This document shows, piece after piece, positions 1 to 8,066 of a stretch of DNA of 50,847 bases. Origin of the DNA: a virus (lineage: Duplodnaviria > Caudoviricetes); IMG/VR virus record IMGVR_UViG_3300035678_000003, positions 1 to 50,847 of that record, one strand, 5' to 3'. Both the position numbers and the translations under genes were made by a program. Each line of letters opens with the position of its first letter. The stretch's first letter is position 1. The notes under the pieces were generated by a model. It was given only the letters and a program-made list of their open reading frames with translations, ran no database searches and was not told where the DNA came from.

Positions 1-127
1 ATCGACCAGACCCAGAAAACGGTGATGCTGCACGGCATCGACCATGCGGGGGTCATGCACACAATCCTCATCTTGAAAGGTGCCGATGGCGGTTGGACTG
101 CGGAACGCAGAGAAGGATGGCTATGAC
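1..127. repeat. 127-nt terminal direct repeat, identical to 50721..50847 (circular-assembly overlap)
   Basis: Exact sequence identity of both ends; it cuts through an ORF; 127 is a common assembler k-mer length. Confidence 0.95.
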
Positions 128-338
128 CACCACTGCAGCCTACGACGCGGCCAGCCGGAACCACGTGAAAGTGAAATTCGTCCGTACGCCGGACCCGGAC
201 TGCCTGGGCTGCTGGCACTGGTACTGCCCGTGTCACCCCGAGCTGGAGGACCGAGGGCCGGGCCGCGCGATTCTGGCAGCTGTCGCCCTGCACGTGACCA
301 AGTGTCACCCGCCGGGCTCGATCGTCGTGCTACGCTAA
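123..338 (+). CDS. small Cys/His-rich hypothetical protein (possible Zn-binding)
   Basis: ATGA overlap with the stop of the wrap-around ORF; CxxC, CxC and H..C residues. Confidence 0.65.
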   Translation: MTTTAAYDAASRNHVKVKFVRTPDPDCLGCWHWYCPCHPELEDRGPGRAILAAVALHVTKCHPPGSIVVLR

Positions 339-392
339 TGGGGCGCGAATACGTCGGGTAGAAGCGCAGGCAGGGATCCGGCAGGGACCCAA

Positions 393-433
393 GATTGACC
401 CCGGGGCGAAGGGGACCCGTCCCGGGGTCGATC
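393..433. terminator. GC-rich hairpin, probable terminator
   Basis: gattgaccccggg / cccggggtcgatc inverted repeat between converging genes. Confidence 0.5.
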
Positions 434-496
434 GCTGTCCGGACCTGCTACGCTAACCGGGCGTTCGCCAATGCAGCCCGCAGGCCGAGGGGCACA

Positions 497-539
497 CAGA
501 CGGGCCCCGGTGGATCCTCTCCCGCCGGGGCCCTTGTCT
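497..539. terminator. probable bidirectional terminator
   Basis: gggccccggtgg / ccgccggggccc stem abutting the RusA stop codon. Confidence 0.6.
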
Positions 540-946
540 TATGGAGCGTCAGTGCCGCGTAGCATCGAGGTACCGGGAGACGGCCCGTACCAGAATTCGG
601 TGCGAGGGTGGTCACGGTCCAGGTGTAGGCCGACGGTCGAGTACATCGTGATCTGGCTGTCGTCTACCCACAGGATGCCGTTCCCGCAGTCGAGAATGTG
701 CTTCAGCAGATTATCCAGATCGACCACCTGACGCGTCGCCCGATAGAACCGCGCGCCGATGAAGACGTTTCCCGTGAGCAGCGGTAGCTTTCGTTCCTGC
801 AGGGCCTCGCGGGTCCGGACCTCGGCCGCCTTATCCTTCGGGTCCTGGTGCGTCCGGCCCCCGCCCCGGCTGATGCGCGGACGCATCTTGGCGTGCGGCT
901 GCCAGTCCAGGATGAGGTACTCGGGTCCGCCCAGTTCGCTATGCAC
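539..946 (-). CDS. rusA: RusA-like Holliday junction resolvase
   Basis: DLDNLLKHILD...LWVDDSQI catalytic motif typical of RusA. Confidence 0.9.
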   Translation of the reverse strand: MHSELGGPEYLILDWQPHAKMRPRISRGGGRTHQDPKDKAAEVRTREALQERKLPLLTGNVFIGARFYRATRQVVDLDNLLKHILDCGNGILWVDDSQITMYSTVGLHLDRDHPRTEFWYGPSPGTSMLRGTDAP

Positions 947-1223
947 CGGACGGCTCCTCGTTGACCACGGGGGCGAGCTTCTCGGCCGCCGCGAGCTCCC
1001 GCCGGGCGAACTCGTCGGCGTAGGCGCGGTCGACGCCCTCGTGCTGGCGCATCTTCGCCTCGATCTGCTCCTCGATCGACCAGTCGAACAGCTTCGAGAT
1101 GCGCAGGATCAGGTCGGTAGACGGGGTGCGGTTCCCGGACCGAATTCGGCTGATCGTCGCGTGGGAGACACCGAGACTGTCTCCCAGCGCGACGTTTGAC
1201 AGTGCGTTGGTGTCTTCGCTCAT
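939..1223 (-). CDS. XRE/Cro-like helix-turn-helix DNA-binding protein
   Basis: LGDSLGVSHATISRIRSGNRTPS HTH; start chosen 8 nt after a minus-strand TACAAT box (possibly leaderless); alternative start at 1232. Confidence 0.85.
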   Translation of the reverse strand: MSEDTNALSNVALGDSLGVSHATISRIRSGNRTPSTDLILRISKLFDWSIEEQIEAKMRQHEGVDRAYADEFARRELAAAEKLAPVVNEEPSGA

Positions 1224-1230
1224 AGCAACC

Positions 1231-1313
1231 ATTGTACCCTGCGGGTAAAGTATTCGTCGTGGTAAGCTCGACCAGCCCAGGGGTTTTGGCCAGCCGTACC
1301 AGTGTGGTAAAAT
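1231..1313. promoter_or_regulatory. divergent promoter region with operator-like palindromes at 1234..1248 and 1296..1310
   Basis: GTACCCTGCGGGTAA overlapping minus-strand TACAAT; GTACCAGTGTGGTAA overlapping plus-strand TGGTAAAAT. Confidence 0.7.
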
Positions 1314-1360
1314 TGTCGCACACCACCTCCCCTGCCGGGACCGAAGCCAAGGAGCTTGAA

Positions 1361-1984
1361 ATGCCGAAGACCACCGAGACCGCGAACCTCCCCCAGTGCG
1401 CTGACCTCTGCGGCATGGCGGTCAACAGCCCGAAGTCGATCTTCCTGCAGGGCCACGACCAGCGGCTGGTGTCGGTGCTGGCTCGCAAGGTCGCCGGGCT
1501 GGAGCACCTCCCCGCCGAGTACGTCGAACTGCTGGGACTGGAGAGCTACGACGAGAGTGGCGACATCCAGGCCCGGATCAACGAGGTTTCGGCCGCTGTC
1601 GGCCGTCGGTTCAGCCCCGCGCTGGCCGCGAAGGCGGACGCGGCGATGATGAGGTTCTGGGCCCTGGGCGAGAAGCGCGCCGCTGCCGCTGCCGCCAAGG
1701 CTGAGCGCCAGAACGCGCCGAAGCCGGAGCGCAAGCCGCGCGCCGCGAAGACTGAGGCCCCGGCCCCCGCCGACGACGCCCCCGCGTCGACGGTCGGCAC
1801 GGTCAAGCGGGCCGCCGGAGTCACGATGGGCAGCCCGGTCAAAGCGAAGATCGGCCGCTGGGTCAAGGACGCCTTCGTGCATGGCATGAACCAGAAGGGC
1901 AGCGTCACCGCCGTCAGCTACACCGACAAGAATGGCAACGACAAGGTCGCGACCGAGGGCAAGTTCACGCTCGTCGTGGAGTGA
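1361..1984 (+). CDS. hypothetical protein with C..CG...F..GHD motif and Ala/Lys/Pro-rich linker
   Basis: AAGGAG RBS before ATG 1361; CADLCG..FLQGHD motif. Confidence 0.8.
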   Translation: MPKTTETANLPQCADLCGMAVNSPKSIFLQGHDQRLVSVLARKVAGLEHLPAEYVELLGLESYDESGDIQARINEVSAAVGRRFSPALAAKADAAMMRFWALGEKRAAAAAAKAERQNAPKPERKPRAAKTEAPAPADDAPASTVGTVKRAAGVTMGSPVKAKIGRWVKDAFVHGMNQKGSVTAVSYTDKNGNDKVATEGKFTLVVE

Positions 1985-2000
1985 CCTTCCTGAATAGAGC

Positions 2001-2045
2001 GCCCCACCCCCGCCGCAGGTGATGCCAACCCGGCGGAGGTGGGGC
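2001..2045. terminator. hairpin between converging genes
   Basis: 15-bp inverted repeat with one mismatch. Confidence 0.6.
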
Positions 2046-2054
2046 CTCTCCATG

Positions 2055-2369
2055 TTACCGGTTGCGCAGCAGCCGTGCACGACAGACCGAGCTACACACG
2101 AGCGTGAACCCCTCGGGGTAGCTGTGCCGCGCCAGCCAGGCGTATTTGTTGCGGGCACCCTGCGGGGGTGGGTCCGGGACGCCCTCGCGCCACACGAACC
2201 CGCCTGCGGGTACCACCATAAAGTTCGGATAGTCGATCGTCCCACACCAGACGCAGCGGCCCCCGTAAGCCTCGATCGCGTCCATCCGGCGCACGCGGTA
2301 CAGGGTGGTTGCGCCTTTACGGGTGCGCTCGCGCTGAGCCTGCTCGGATTCCTCGAAGGTCTTGGCCAT
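2055..2369 (-). CDS. degenerate HNH-like Zn-binding protein
   Basis: YGGRCVWCG ... YAWL..HSYPEGFTLVC pattern of a phage HNH family, but the DH motif is missing. Confidence 0.6.
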   Translation of the reverse strand: MAKTFEESEQAQRERTRKGATTLYRVRRMDAIEAYGGRCVWCGTIDYPNFMVVPAGGFVWREGVPDPPPQGARNKYAWLARHSYPEGFTLVCSSVCRARLLRNR

Positions 2370-2401
2370 GCTAATGAGTGTATCACCCGGCTGGCCTAAT
2401 C

Positions 2402-2430
2402 TTGCCACCTGCTTACCACGCTGGTAAGAT
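2402..2430 (+). promoter_or_regulatory. sigma70/HrdB-type promoter with operator
   Basis: TTGCCA-17bp-TAAGAT; TTACCACGCTGGTAA at 2413..2427. Confidence 0.8.
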
Positions 2431-2471
2431 GGGTAATGCTCGACCCCTGCCGCTCCGAGAGGACCCCGCCC

Positions 2472-3068
2472 ATGTCGATCGAGGCCCTGGCCACGCCACA
2501 GTACCCGACCAGTCCCCCGAAGGATGTGCCAGCGAAAATGATGCGAATCTGGCGTTGCAACTTCTGTGCGAGTGGGGTACATGCGAGCTGCCCCGGGGCC
2601 GTCCGAAACGGCACGAAACAGCTCATCCTGTGCTACTGCTGCCGCAACCCGCCCCGGTGTCTCGACTGCGGCATGAGCCGCCCGGACGAGGTCAACCCCG
2701 AGACCTGGTCCTGCCTGGATAAGTCCGGGTGCGAAGGACGGATCGCGGCCCGGCTGACTCAAGCTCCGCTGTGGAACATGCTACAGCAGTGCAAGGTGTC
2801 GTCGACGAACACCCGCCGCTCTCGTCGCTTGGTCGCTGCCGCATTAAAGGAAGCGATCGGTCCCGAGGTCGACGAGTTCGATCGGCCGATTGTCCGGCCG
2901 CCCCGCCAGCCTCGCCCGTCCGCCGGGGTCTGCGAGTGCTGCGGCTCCCCGACCAAGGGGGGCAAATTCCTGCCAGGCCATGACGCCCGAATGAAATCCC
3001 GACTCCGCACCGCTGCCAAGGCTGGCGACGGTACCGCGCAAGCTGAACTCAATAAGCGAGGCTGGTAA
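2472..3068 (+). CDS. multi-Cys Zn-binding hypothetical protein
   Basis: GAGAGGA RBS; several CxxC pairs; C-terminal CECCG..FLPGHD motif. Confidence 0.8.
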   Translation: MSIEALATPQYPTSPPKDVPAKMMRIWRCNFCASGVHASCPGAVRNGTKQLILCYCCRNPPRCLDCGMSRPDEVNPETWSCLDKSGCEGRIAARLTQAPLWNMLQQCKVSSTNTRRSRRLVAAALKEAIGPEVDEFDRPIVRPPRQPRPSAGVCECCGSPTKGGKFLPGHDARMKSRLRTAAKAGDGTAQAELNKRGW

Positions 3069-3994
3069 TGCCCAGTAGCATCATCACGGTCCGGCACTCC
3101 GAGATCGCCGACTTCCGGCAGTGTCCCCTCAAACACAAGCTGAACTGGTTCGAGCTCTGGGCGAAGCCGGAGGAGTCGGTAGCTTCGACGATGGGGACCG
3201 CCTGGCACGAGGTGATGGCCGCCCACTACCTCACGATCCGCGAACACCAGCTTCGCGAAGGGAAGTTTCGGCTGTCCAGCCATTACCAGCAGGATGTACT
3301 CGACGCGGTCGACGCCCTGATCGAGAGCGGCATTCACGACGACCTGCAGGAAAACATCTCCTGGATGTACGACGGGCACATCGAGAAGTACGGGTTCAAC
3401 GACGGCTGGGAGATCCTGTCGGCGGAGGAGACCCATACCATCCCGTTCCGGGAGAAGAATGGCCGCGCGTCGCGATTCCACTACCGATGGACCAGTGACC
3501 TGGTGATCCGGGACCACACCTCGTCGGCAAAATCGCGGTACGTGGTGGACCACAAGTCGACGGCGAACAAGCTGCAGCAGGACGAGATCGATCTGATGGA
3601 TAGCCTCGCCCTGTACGTCTGGGCCTGGCGACAGAAGAAGCTCGACATTCTTGCGCCCGTCATCATGCAAGCCCACACCAAGAAGCTGAAGCGGCCCCAG
3701 ACCCTGGGGGAGCGCTTCGCGTGGATGCCGAGCTACCGCACCGAAATTGAGCTTGCGAACGTACAGGCCGAGTGCCTGGGTATCGCGAAGGCGATCCACT
3801 CGAAACTAAACAAAGAGCAGCCGTACTCGTCGCCGGACCCCCGGACCTGCGGCTGGAAGTGCGACTTCAAGGAAGCGCACCTGCTCATGCGTAAATCCAA
3901 AGACCCGGTCCGAACCCTGCCTTCGCTGATGCATTCGCGGGGCTACGTGCAGCGCGAGGAGGTGCCCTCCGGACACGCCCCGCCCCTGGCTTGA
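3068..3994 (+). CDS. Cas4/RecB-like PD-(D/E)XK exonuclease
   Basis: N-terminal CP, GTAWHE, E..., DLV, VDHKS and C-terminal C..C-D-F cysteines. Confidence 0.85.
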   Translation: MPSSIITVRHSEIADFRQCPLKHKLNWFELWAKPEESVASTMGTAWHEVMAAHYLTIREHQLREGKFRLSSHYQQDVLDAVDALIESGIHDDLQENISWMYDGHIEKYGFNDGWEILSAEETHTIPFREKNGRASRFHYRWTSDLVIRDHTSSAKSRYVVDHKSTANKLQQDEIDLMDSLALYVWAWRQKKLDILAPVIMQAHTKKLKRPQTLGERFAWMPSYRTEIELANVQAECLGIAKAIHSKLNKEQPYSSPDPRTCGWKCDFKEAHLLMRKSKDPVRTLPSLMHSRGYVQREEVPSGHAPPLA

Positions 3995-4020
3995 CACGGT
4001 GGTAAACACCGTGGTGTGAT
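3991..4020 (+). promoter_or_regulatory. promoter with two overlapping operator-like sites
   Basis: TTGACA -35; TTGACACGGTGGTAA followed by ACACCGTGGTGT. Confidence 0.65.
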
Positions 4021-4047
4021 TACGCTACAACTACCCGAGAGGACACC

Positions 4048-5589
4048 ATGCCGAAGCGAGACCGCAGCGCCGCCGCTGCCCCCGCGACACCCGCTCCTGA
4101 GCCCGAGGAGACGCCGGAGGCCACCCCCGCGCCCGTCGAGCCGGAAGCGGCCGAGGAGCCTGCCGACGAGGCTCCCAAGCCCGCACGCCGGGGCCGTCGC
4201 AGCACCCGCGTCGAGGAGGGTGCGAAGTCCGAGGCTGGCGAAGACATGGACGGCGCGGTCGACCCGCGACCGGACGAGGAGCCGGACGAGGCGCAGCAAA
4301 AGCCCGCGCGCCGCCGGGGCCGGACCGCCAAGCCGAAGCCCGAGGGCGACTCCGCCGACGTGGCGGAGGTCGACGAGGCCAAGCAGCGCGAGTACAAGTT
4401 CGCCGACGTGGACGACGCCGAGATCGAGTTCACCTCGCTGGCGGACGCGGACGACTACATCTCCGCCGTGTACTACGGCCGCGAGGGGATGACCAAGACG
4501 ACTTCGGCCGTCATGGCGTCCGCGCTCACGGAGCCCGGCAAAGTCCTGCTGATCAACGCCGAGGGCGGCGCGAAAAAGAAGGCACTGGAGCAGCACGGCG
4601 TCCAGTCCGATCGCGTCATGGTCTGGCCCGCGCCCGGCAAGCGAGTGTCGTTCGCCGGGCTCGAGAAGCTCTTCTACAAGCTGGCCGCCGACCTCGCAAA
4701 GGACAAGGATTCCTGGCTGGCCGTCATCTGGGACTCCGGTACCGAGATCGTGCAAACCGTGCTCGACCAGGTCGTTGAGGGCGTGATCCAGGACCAGGAG
4801 GAGATCATCTCGCGGGCCAAGGGTCGCGCCGGAAACATCAAGATGCGGGACCGTTTCGACAACGACCGGGACGACTACCGGAAGATGTCGAACATGGTCC
4901 GGGGGCTCGTGCGGAAGTTCCGCTACCTCCCGTGCCACTTCATCATGACGGCGCTGCTGCGCAAGGACGAGGACGAGAAGACCCACAAGGTCACGTACAA
5001 CCCCGCGTTCACCCCCGCGCTGCAGACCGACATCCTGGGCTACATGGACTGCGTTTTGTACTGCCAGTCCACGGTATCGGACGGGCAGCCGCTGTTCTAT
5101 GCGATGACAGTCGCGGCGAAGGACGACCGGGCGAAGGACCGGTACAACACGCTGCCGGGAGAGCTGGTCAACCCGACCTTCGACCGCGTCGTCGGCTACA
5201 TCCGGGGCGAGCTGGACCCGGACACCGACCCGATCCAGAAGCTCATGCCCGGCGGTGCCGCCAAGCGCGGCGCAGAGGTCAAGGCCGACGCGCCGAAGCT
5301 CGCCCGTGCGCCGCGTGCCAGCCGCGCCAAGAAGACCGAGCCCGCCCCAGCCGAGCCGAAGGCGGACCCCGAGCCGGAACCTGACGCGGCCAAGGAGTCG
5401 GCCGCCGCGAAAGCCCGCGTTCAGTCCGAGATCGCCGACAAGGAGGGCACCCCTGCCACTCGATCCCGCGCCCGGGTGTCCCGGGCCGCACGGGGAGCCG
5501 CTCAGGCCGACCGCGACAAGGCCAAACCCCGCCCCGGTACCCGGACCACCCGGCCCGTCGTCGGCTACAGTGAAGAACCGCCCTTCTAG
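4048..5589 (+). CDS. AAA_24/Sak4-like ATPase (recombination) with disordered N- and C-terminal arms
   Basis: YGREGMTKTT Walker A variant, LLINAEGG, VIWDSGTE Walker B; lies between exonuclease and SSB-like gene. Confidence 0.8.
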   Translation: MPKRDRSAAAAPATPAPEPEETPEATPAPVEPEAAEEPADEAPKPARRGRRSTRVEEGAKSEAGEDMDGAVDPRPDEEPDEAQQKPARRRGRTAKPKPEGDSADVAEVDEAKQREYKFADVDDAEIEFTSLADADDYISAVYYGREGMTKTTSAVMASALTEPGKVLLINAEGGAKKKALEQHGVQSDRVMVWPAPGKRVSFAGLEKLFYKLAADLAKDKDSWLAVIWDSGTEIVQTVLDQVVEGVIQDQEEIISRAKGRAGNIKMRDRFDNDRDDYRKMSNMVRGLVRKFRYLPCHFIMTALLRKDEDEKTHKVTYNPAFTPALQTDILGYMDCVLYCQSTVSDGQPLFYAMTVAAKDDRAKDRYNTLPGELVNPTFDRVVGYIRGELDPDTDPIQKLMPGGAAKRGAEVKADAPKLARAPRASRAKKTEPAPAEPKADPEPEPDAAKESAAAKARVQSEIADKEGTPATRSRARVSRAARGAAQADRDKAKPRPGTRTTRPVVGYSEEPPF

Positions 5590-5658
5590 GGACGGGCTCG
5601 CCGAGCTCCTTCCCGAGACACAAGAACGCTTCATGCACGTGATGAGAGGAAACTGACC

Positions 5659-6087
5659 ATGGTTATGGTACCCGACGAGGTCCTGGAAGTCCTGGACTCG
5701 GGCGCGGACGAGCGCACCGAATTCGAGACGCTGCCGGAGGGCCACTACCTCTGCCAGATCGAAAAGATCGTCGAGAAGGACGGCAAAGAGTACCCGTACA
5801 TGGAGTGCGAGTGGAAGGTATTGCAGCCGCGCGAGCACAAGGGCCGCAAGCTGTGGGACAATATCTCGTTCAACCCGAAGGCCGCCTTCAAGGTCCGGGC
5901 GCTGTTCGACGCGTTCGACTACGACTACGACTCGGACACCGACGAGTTCGTGCAGGAGAAGGAACAGGCCGTCCTGTACGTGAAGCAGGAGATCCAGGAG
6001 CAGGGCAAGAAGAAGGGCCAGCTTCGCGAAGTGGTCGACGAGGTCCTCCCGGCCGACGAGGAAAACATGGACCTCGTCGAGGAGTAG
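5659..6087 (+). CDS. DUF669-like single-stranded DNA-binding protein
   Basis: FETLPEGHYLCQI...GRKLWDNI pattern; acidic; typical position after the AAA ATPase. Confidence 0.7.
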   Translation: MVMVPDEVLEVLDSGADERTEFETLPEGHYLCQIEKIVEKDGKEYPYMECEWKVLQPREHKGRKLWDNISFNPKAAFKVRALFDAFDYDYDSDTDEFVQEKEQAVLYVKQEIQEQGKKKGQLREVVDEVLPADEENMDLVEE

Positions 6088-6104
6088 CAGGGCTAGACTG
6101 ATCA

Positions 6105-6207
6105 GTGGCGCACCCGCGCGGGAGTCGGTCGGGGCCGACGACGGCGCACCCGTAACAGGGTAGGCGGGCCGGGGGTAGTGACTCCTGGGCCCGCCGGGGT
6201 GCGCCAC
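6105..6207 (+). ncRNA. candidate structured leader RNA upstream of the primase-helicase
   Basis: 11-bp closing stem (6105..6115/6197..6207) enclosing several hairpins. Confidence 0.35.
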
Positions 6208-6242
6208 ATCCTTTCTCACCACCCTGCCGAGCAAGGAGCACG

Positions 6243-8066
6243 ATGCACAACCCGACGTTCGAGGCGATCTGCACCGCCGTGGAGGAGCAGACTGGTTATC
6301 CGCCCAAGGGCAGCGACACCCGCAAGAAGGGGGTCTGCCCGGCCCACGAAGACACCAAACCCTCGCTGTCGATCCGCTGGGACGCGGAGAAGCTCGTGGT
6401 CGGAGTGACCTGCTGGAGCGGGTGCACGTTCGACGAGATCGTTAAGTCCCTGGATCTGACGAAGGAAGATTTCCGGGACAAGCTTCCCGGTGCCCGTTCC
6501 GGCCGACGGGGTGCCAGCCGGACCAAGCGTGCGCCGAAAGCCACCGAGGCCGACGACGAGCAAACGAGCGGCAAGCGCGGGGCCCCGGAACCCGGCCGCA
6601 ACGAGGTGGCGCGATACCCCTACACCGACGAGACCGGGAAGGTCCTGTACTACAACGTCCGGTTTGAGCCGAAAGACTTCCGTATGGCGGGGCCGGATGG
6701 GCAGATGAAAGCCCTTCCAAAGAACCTGCGGCGCGTCCCCTACAACCTCCCGAAGCTGCTGGCCGCAATCGAGGCTGGCGAGGTCGTGTACTGGGTCGAG
6801 GGCGAGAAGGATGTCCACTCGCTCGCCGAGAAGGGCGTGGTCGCCACAACGTCCGCTGGCGGAGGAGGCACCCCGCCCGAGCCCGCCTGGGCTGCCCTGT
6901 TCGAGGGCGCGCACCTTGTCGTGGTCGGCGACAAGGACAAGACCGGGCAGAAATACGCGAAGAATATCGCGAAGCTGGTCGTCAATGAGGTAGCGTCGGT
7001 CCGGGTAGCGCAAGCCGCGACCCCGCAGGCCAAGAGCGACGTCACGGACCATCTCGCTGCCGGGTACCGCCTGGACCAGCTCGATTGGCAGCCGATGCGC
7101 TCGATCCGGCGCACGCGCTGGACGATGTCGGATCTGATGAGCACCCCGCCCGAGCCGCTGCGCTGGGCCCTGCCCGGCGTCATCCCCGAGGGGCTCACCC
7201 TGTTGGTCGGGGCCCCGAAGGCGGGCAAATCGTGGTTTAACCTCAACCTCGTGACCGCCCTGACCACGGGCCGCCCCGTCGAGGTGTTCGGGTGGGGCCA
7301 GGACCTGGAGCCCTGCCCGTCCCTGTACCTGGCTCTGGAGGACCCGCACCGCCGGGTTTACGACCGGATGAACCAGATCACGCGAGGGCTCGACTTCAAA
7401 GCGCACCGCGCGGGTGACGTGTGGCTATCGCTGGACCCGCTGCATTCCGGCGGCCGGGACGAAATTGAGCGGTGGCTAGAGAAGAACCCGACCGCCCGAA
7501 TGATCGCGGTCGACGTGCTGGCAAAGGTGCGCGACGGCGACGAGGGCCAGACGATGTACCAAGCCGACTACGAGGCCGTGGGCGCGCTGAAGGATATCGC
7601 CGACGACTACGGGATCGGCGTGGTCGTCACCCACCACGACCGCAAGAAGACCGACGACGACTTCGTAAACATGGTGTCCGGCACCAAGGGCGTCACGGGT
7701 GCGGCGGACACGATTCTGTACTTGGAGCGGAAACGCGGCTCCGACGAGGGCACGCTCAAGAGCGAGTCGCGCGACGTGGAGAGCTGTACATACAAAATGC
7801 AATTCGTGCGTGAATTCGGTCGCTGGCAGATCCTGGAGCGATTGGACCCGGATGCCGAGCCGTCGCCCAACGCCGAGCCGAAGATGGCGCTCGCCGACCA
7901 GATCAGCCAGGTCCTGATGCACCGGGGCGAGTCGAGCCTCAAGGATGTGGCGAAGGTGCTCGACGTGCCCGAGGCTACGGTCAAGCGTGCGGCTGCCGAC
8001 GCGCGCGAGAATGGGGCGCTGAACCAGACCTCAGACGGCAAGTGGTACGTCCCTAAGGTGAACTGA
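6243..8066 (+). CDS. DNA primase-helicase (Zn-finger + TOPRIM + AAA_25/RepA-like helicase)
   Basis: CPAHEDTKPSL..CWSGC, VEGEKD, DKD, GAPKAGKS Walker A, VVTHHDRK. Confidence 0.92.
   Translation: MHNPTFEAICTAVEEQTGYPPKGSDTRKKGVCPAHEDTKPSLSIRWDAEKLVVGVTCWSGCTFDEIVKSLDLTKEDFRDKLPGARSGRRGASRTKRAPKATEADDEQTSGKRGAPEPGRNEVARYPYTDETGKVLYYNVRFEPKDFRMAGPDGQMKALPKNLRRVPYNLPKLLAAIEAGEVVYWVEGEKDVHSLAEKGVVATTSAGGGGTPPEPAWAALFEGAHLVVVGDKDKTGQKYAKNIAKLVVNEVASVRVAQAATPQAKSDVTDHLAAGYRLDQLDWQPMRSIRRTRWTMSDLMSTPPEPLRWALPGVIPEGLTLLVGAPKAGKSWFNLNLVTALTTGRPVEVFGWGQDLEPCPSLYLALEDPHRRVYDRMNQITRGLDFKAHRAGDVWLSLDPLHSGGRDEIERWLEKNPTARMIAVDVLAKVRDGDEGQTMYQADYEAVGALKDIADDYGIGVVVTHHDRKKTDDDFVNMVSGTKGVTGAADTILYLERKRGSDEGTLKSESRDVESCTYKMQFVREFGRWQILERLDPDAEPSPNAEPKMALADQISQVLMHRGESSLKDVAKVLDVPEATVKRAAADARENGALNQTSDGKWYVPKVN

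Noticed and set aside
1-127. Biological direct terminal repeat
   Set aside because: Exactly 127 nt and cuts through a gene; best explained as assembler k-mer overlap of a circular contig
939-1223. Lysogeny module
   Set aside because: HTH present, but no integrase, ParA/ParB or attP-like context recognised
3068-3994. CRISPR-Cas component
   Set aside because: Stand-alone Cas4-like nuclease in a recombination module; no repeat-spacer array or other cas genes seen
6146-6206. tRNA gene (stem ending in GCCA)
   Set aside because: No canonical D arm, anticodon arm or TTCRA T-loop; kept only as a structured-RNA candidate
3943-6234. Long antisense ORFs (e.g. 3943..6234, 21770..23296, 36195..37859, 43217..44860)
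   Set aside because: Shadow frames of well-supported plus-strand genes, expected in high-GC DNA; no RBS or motifs
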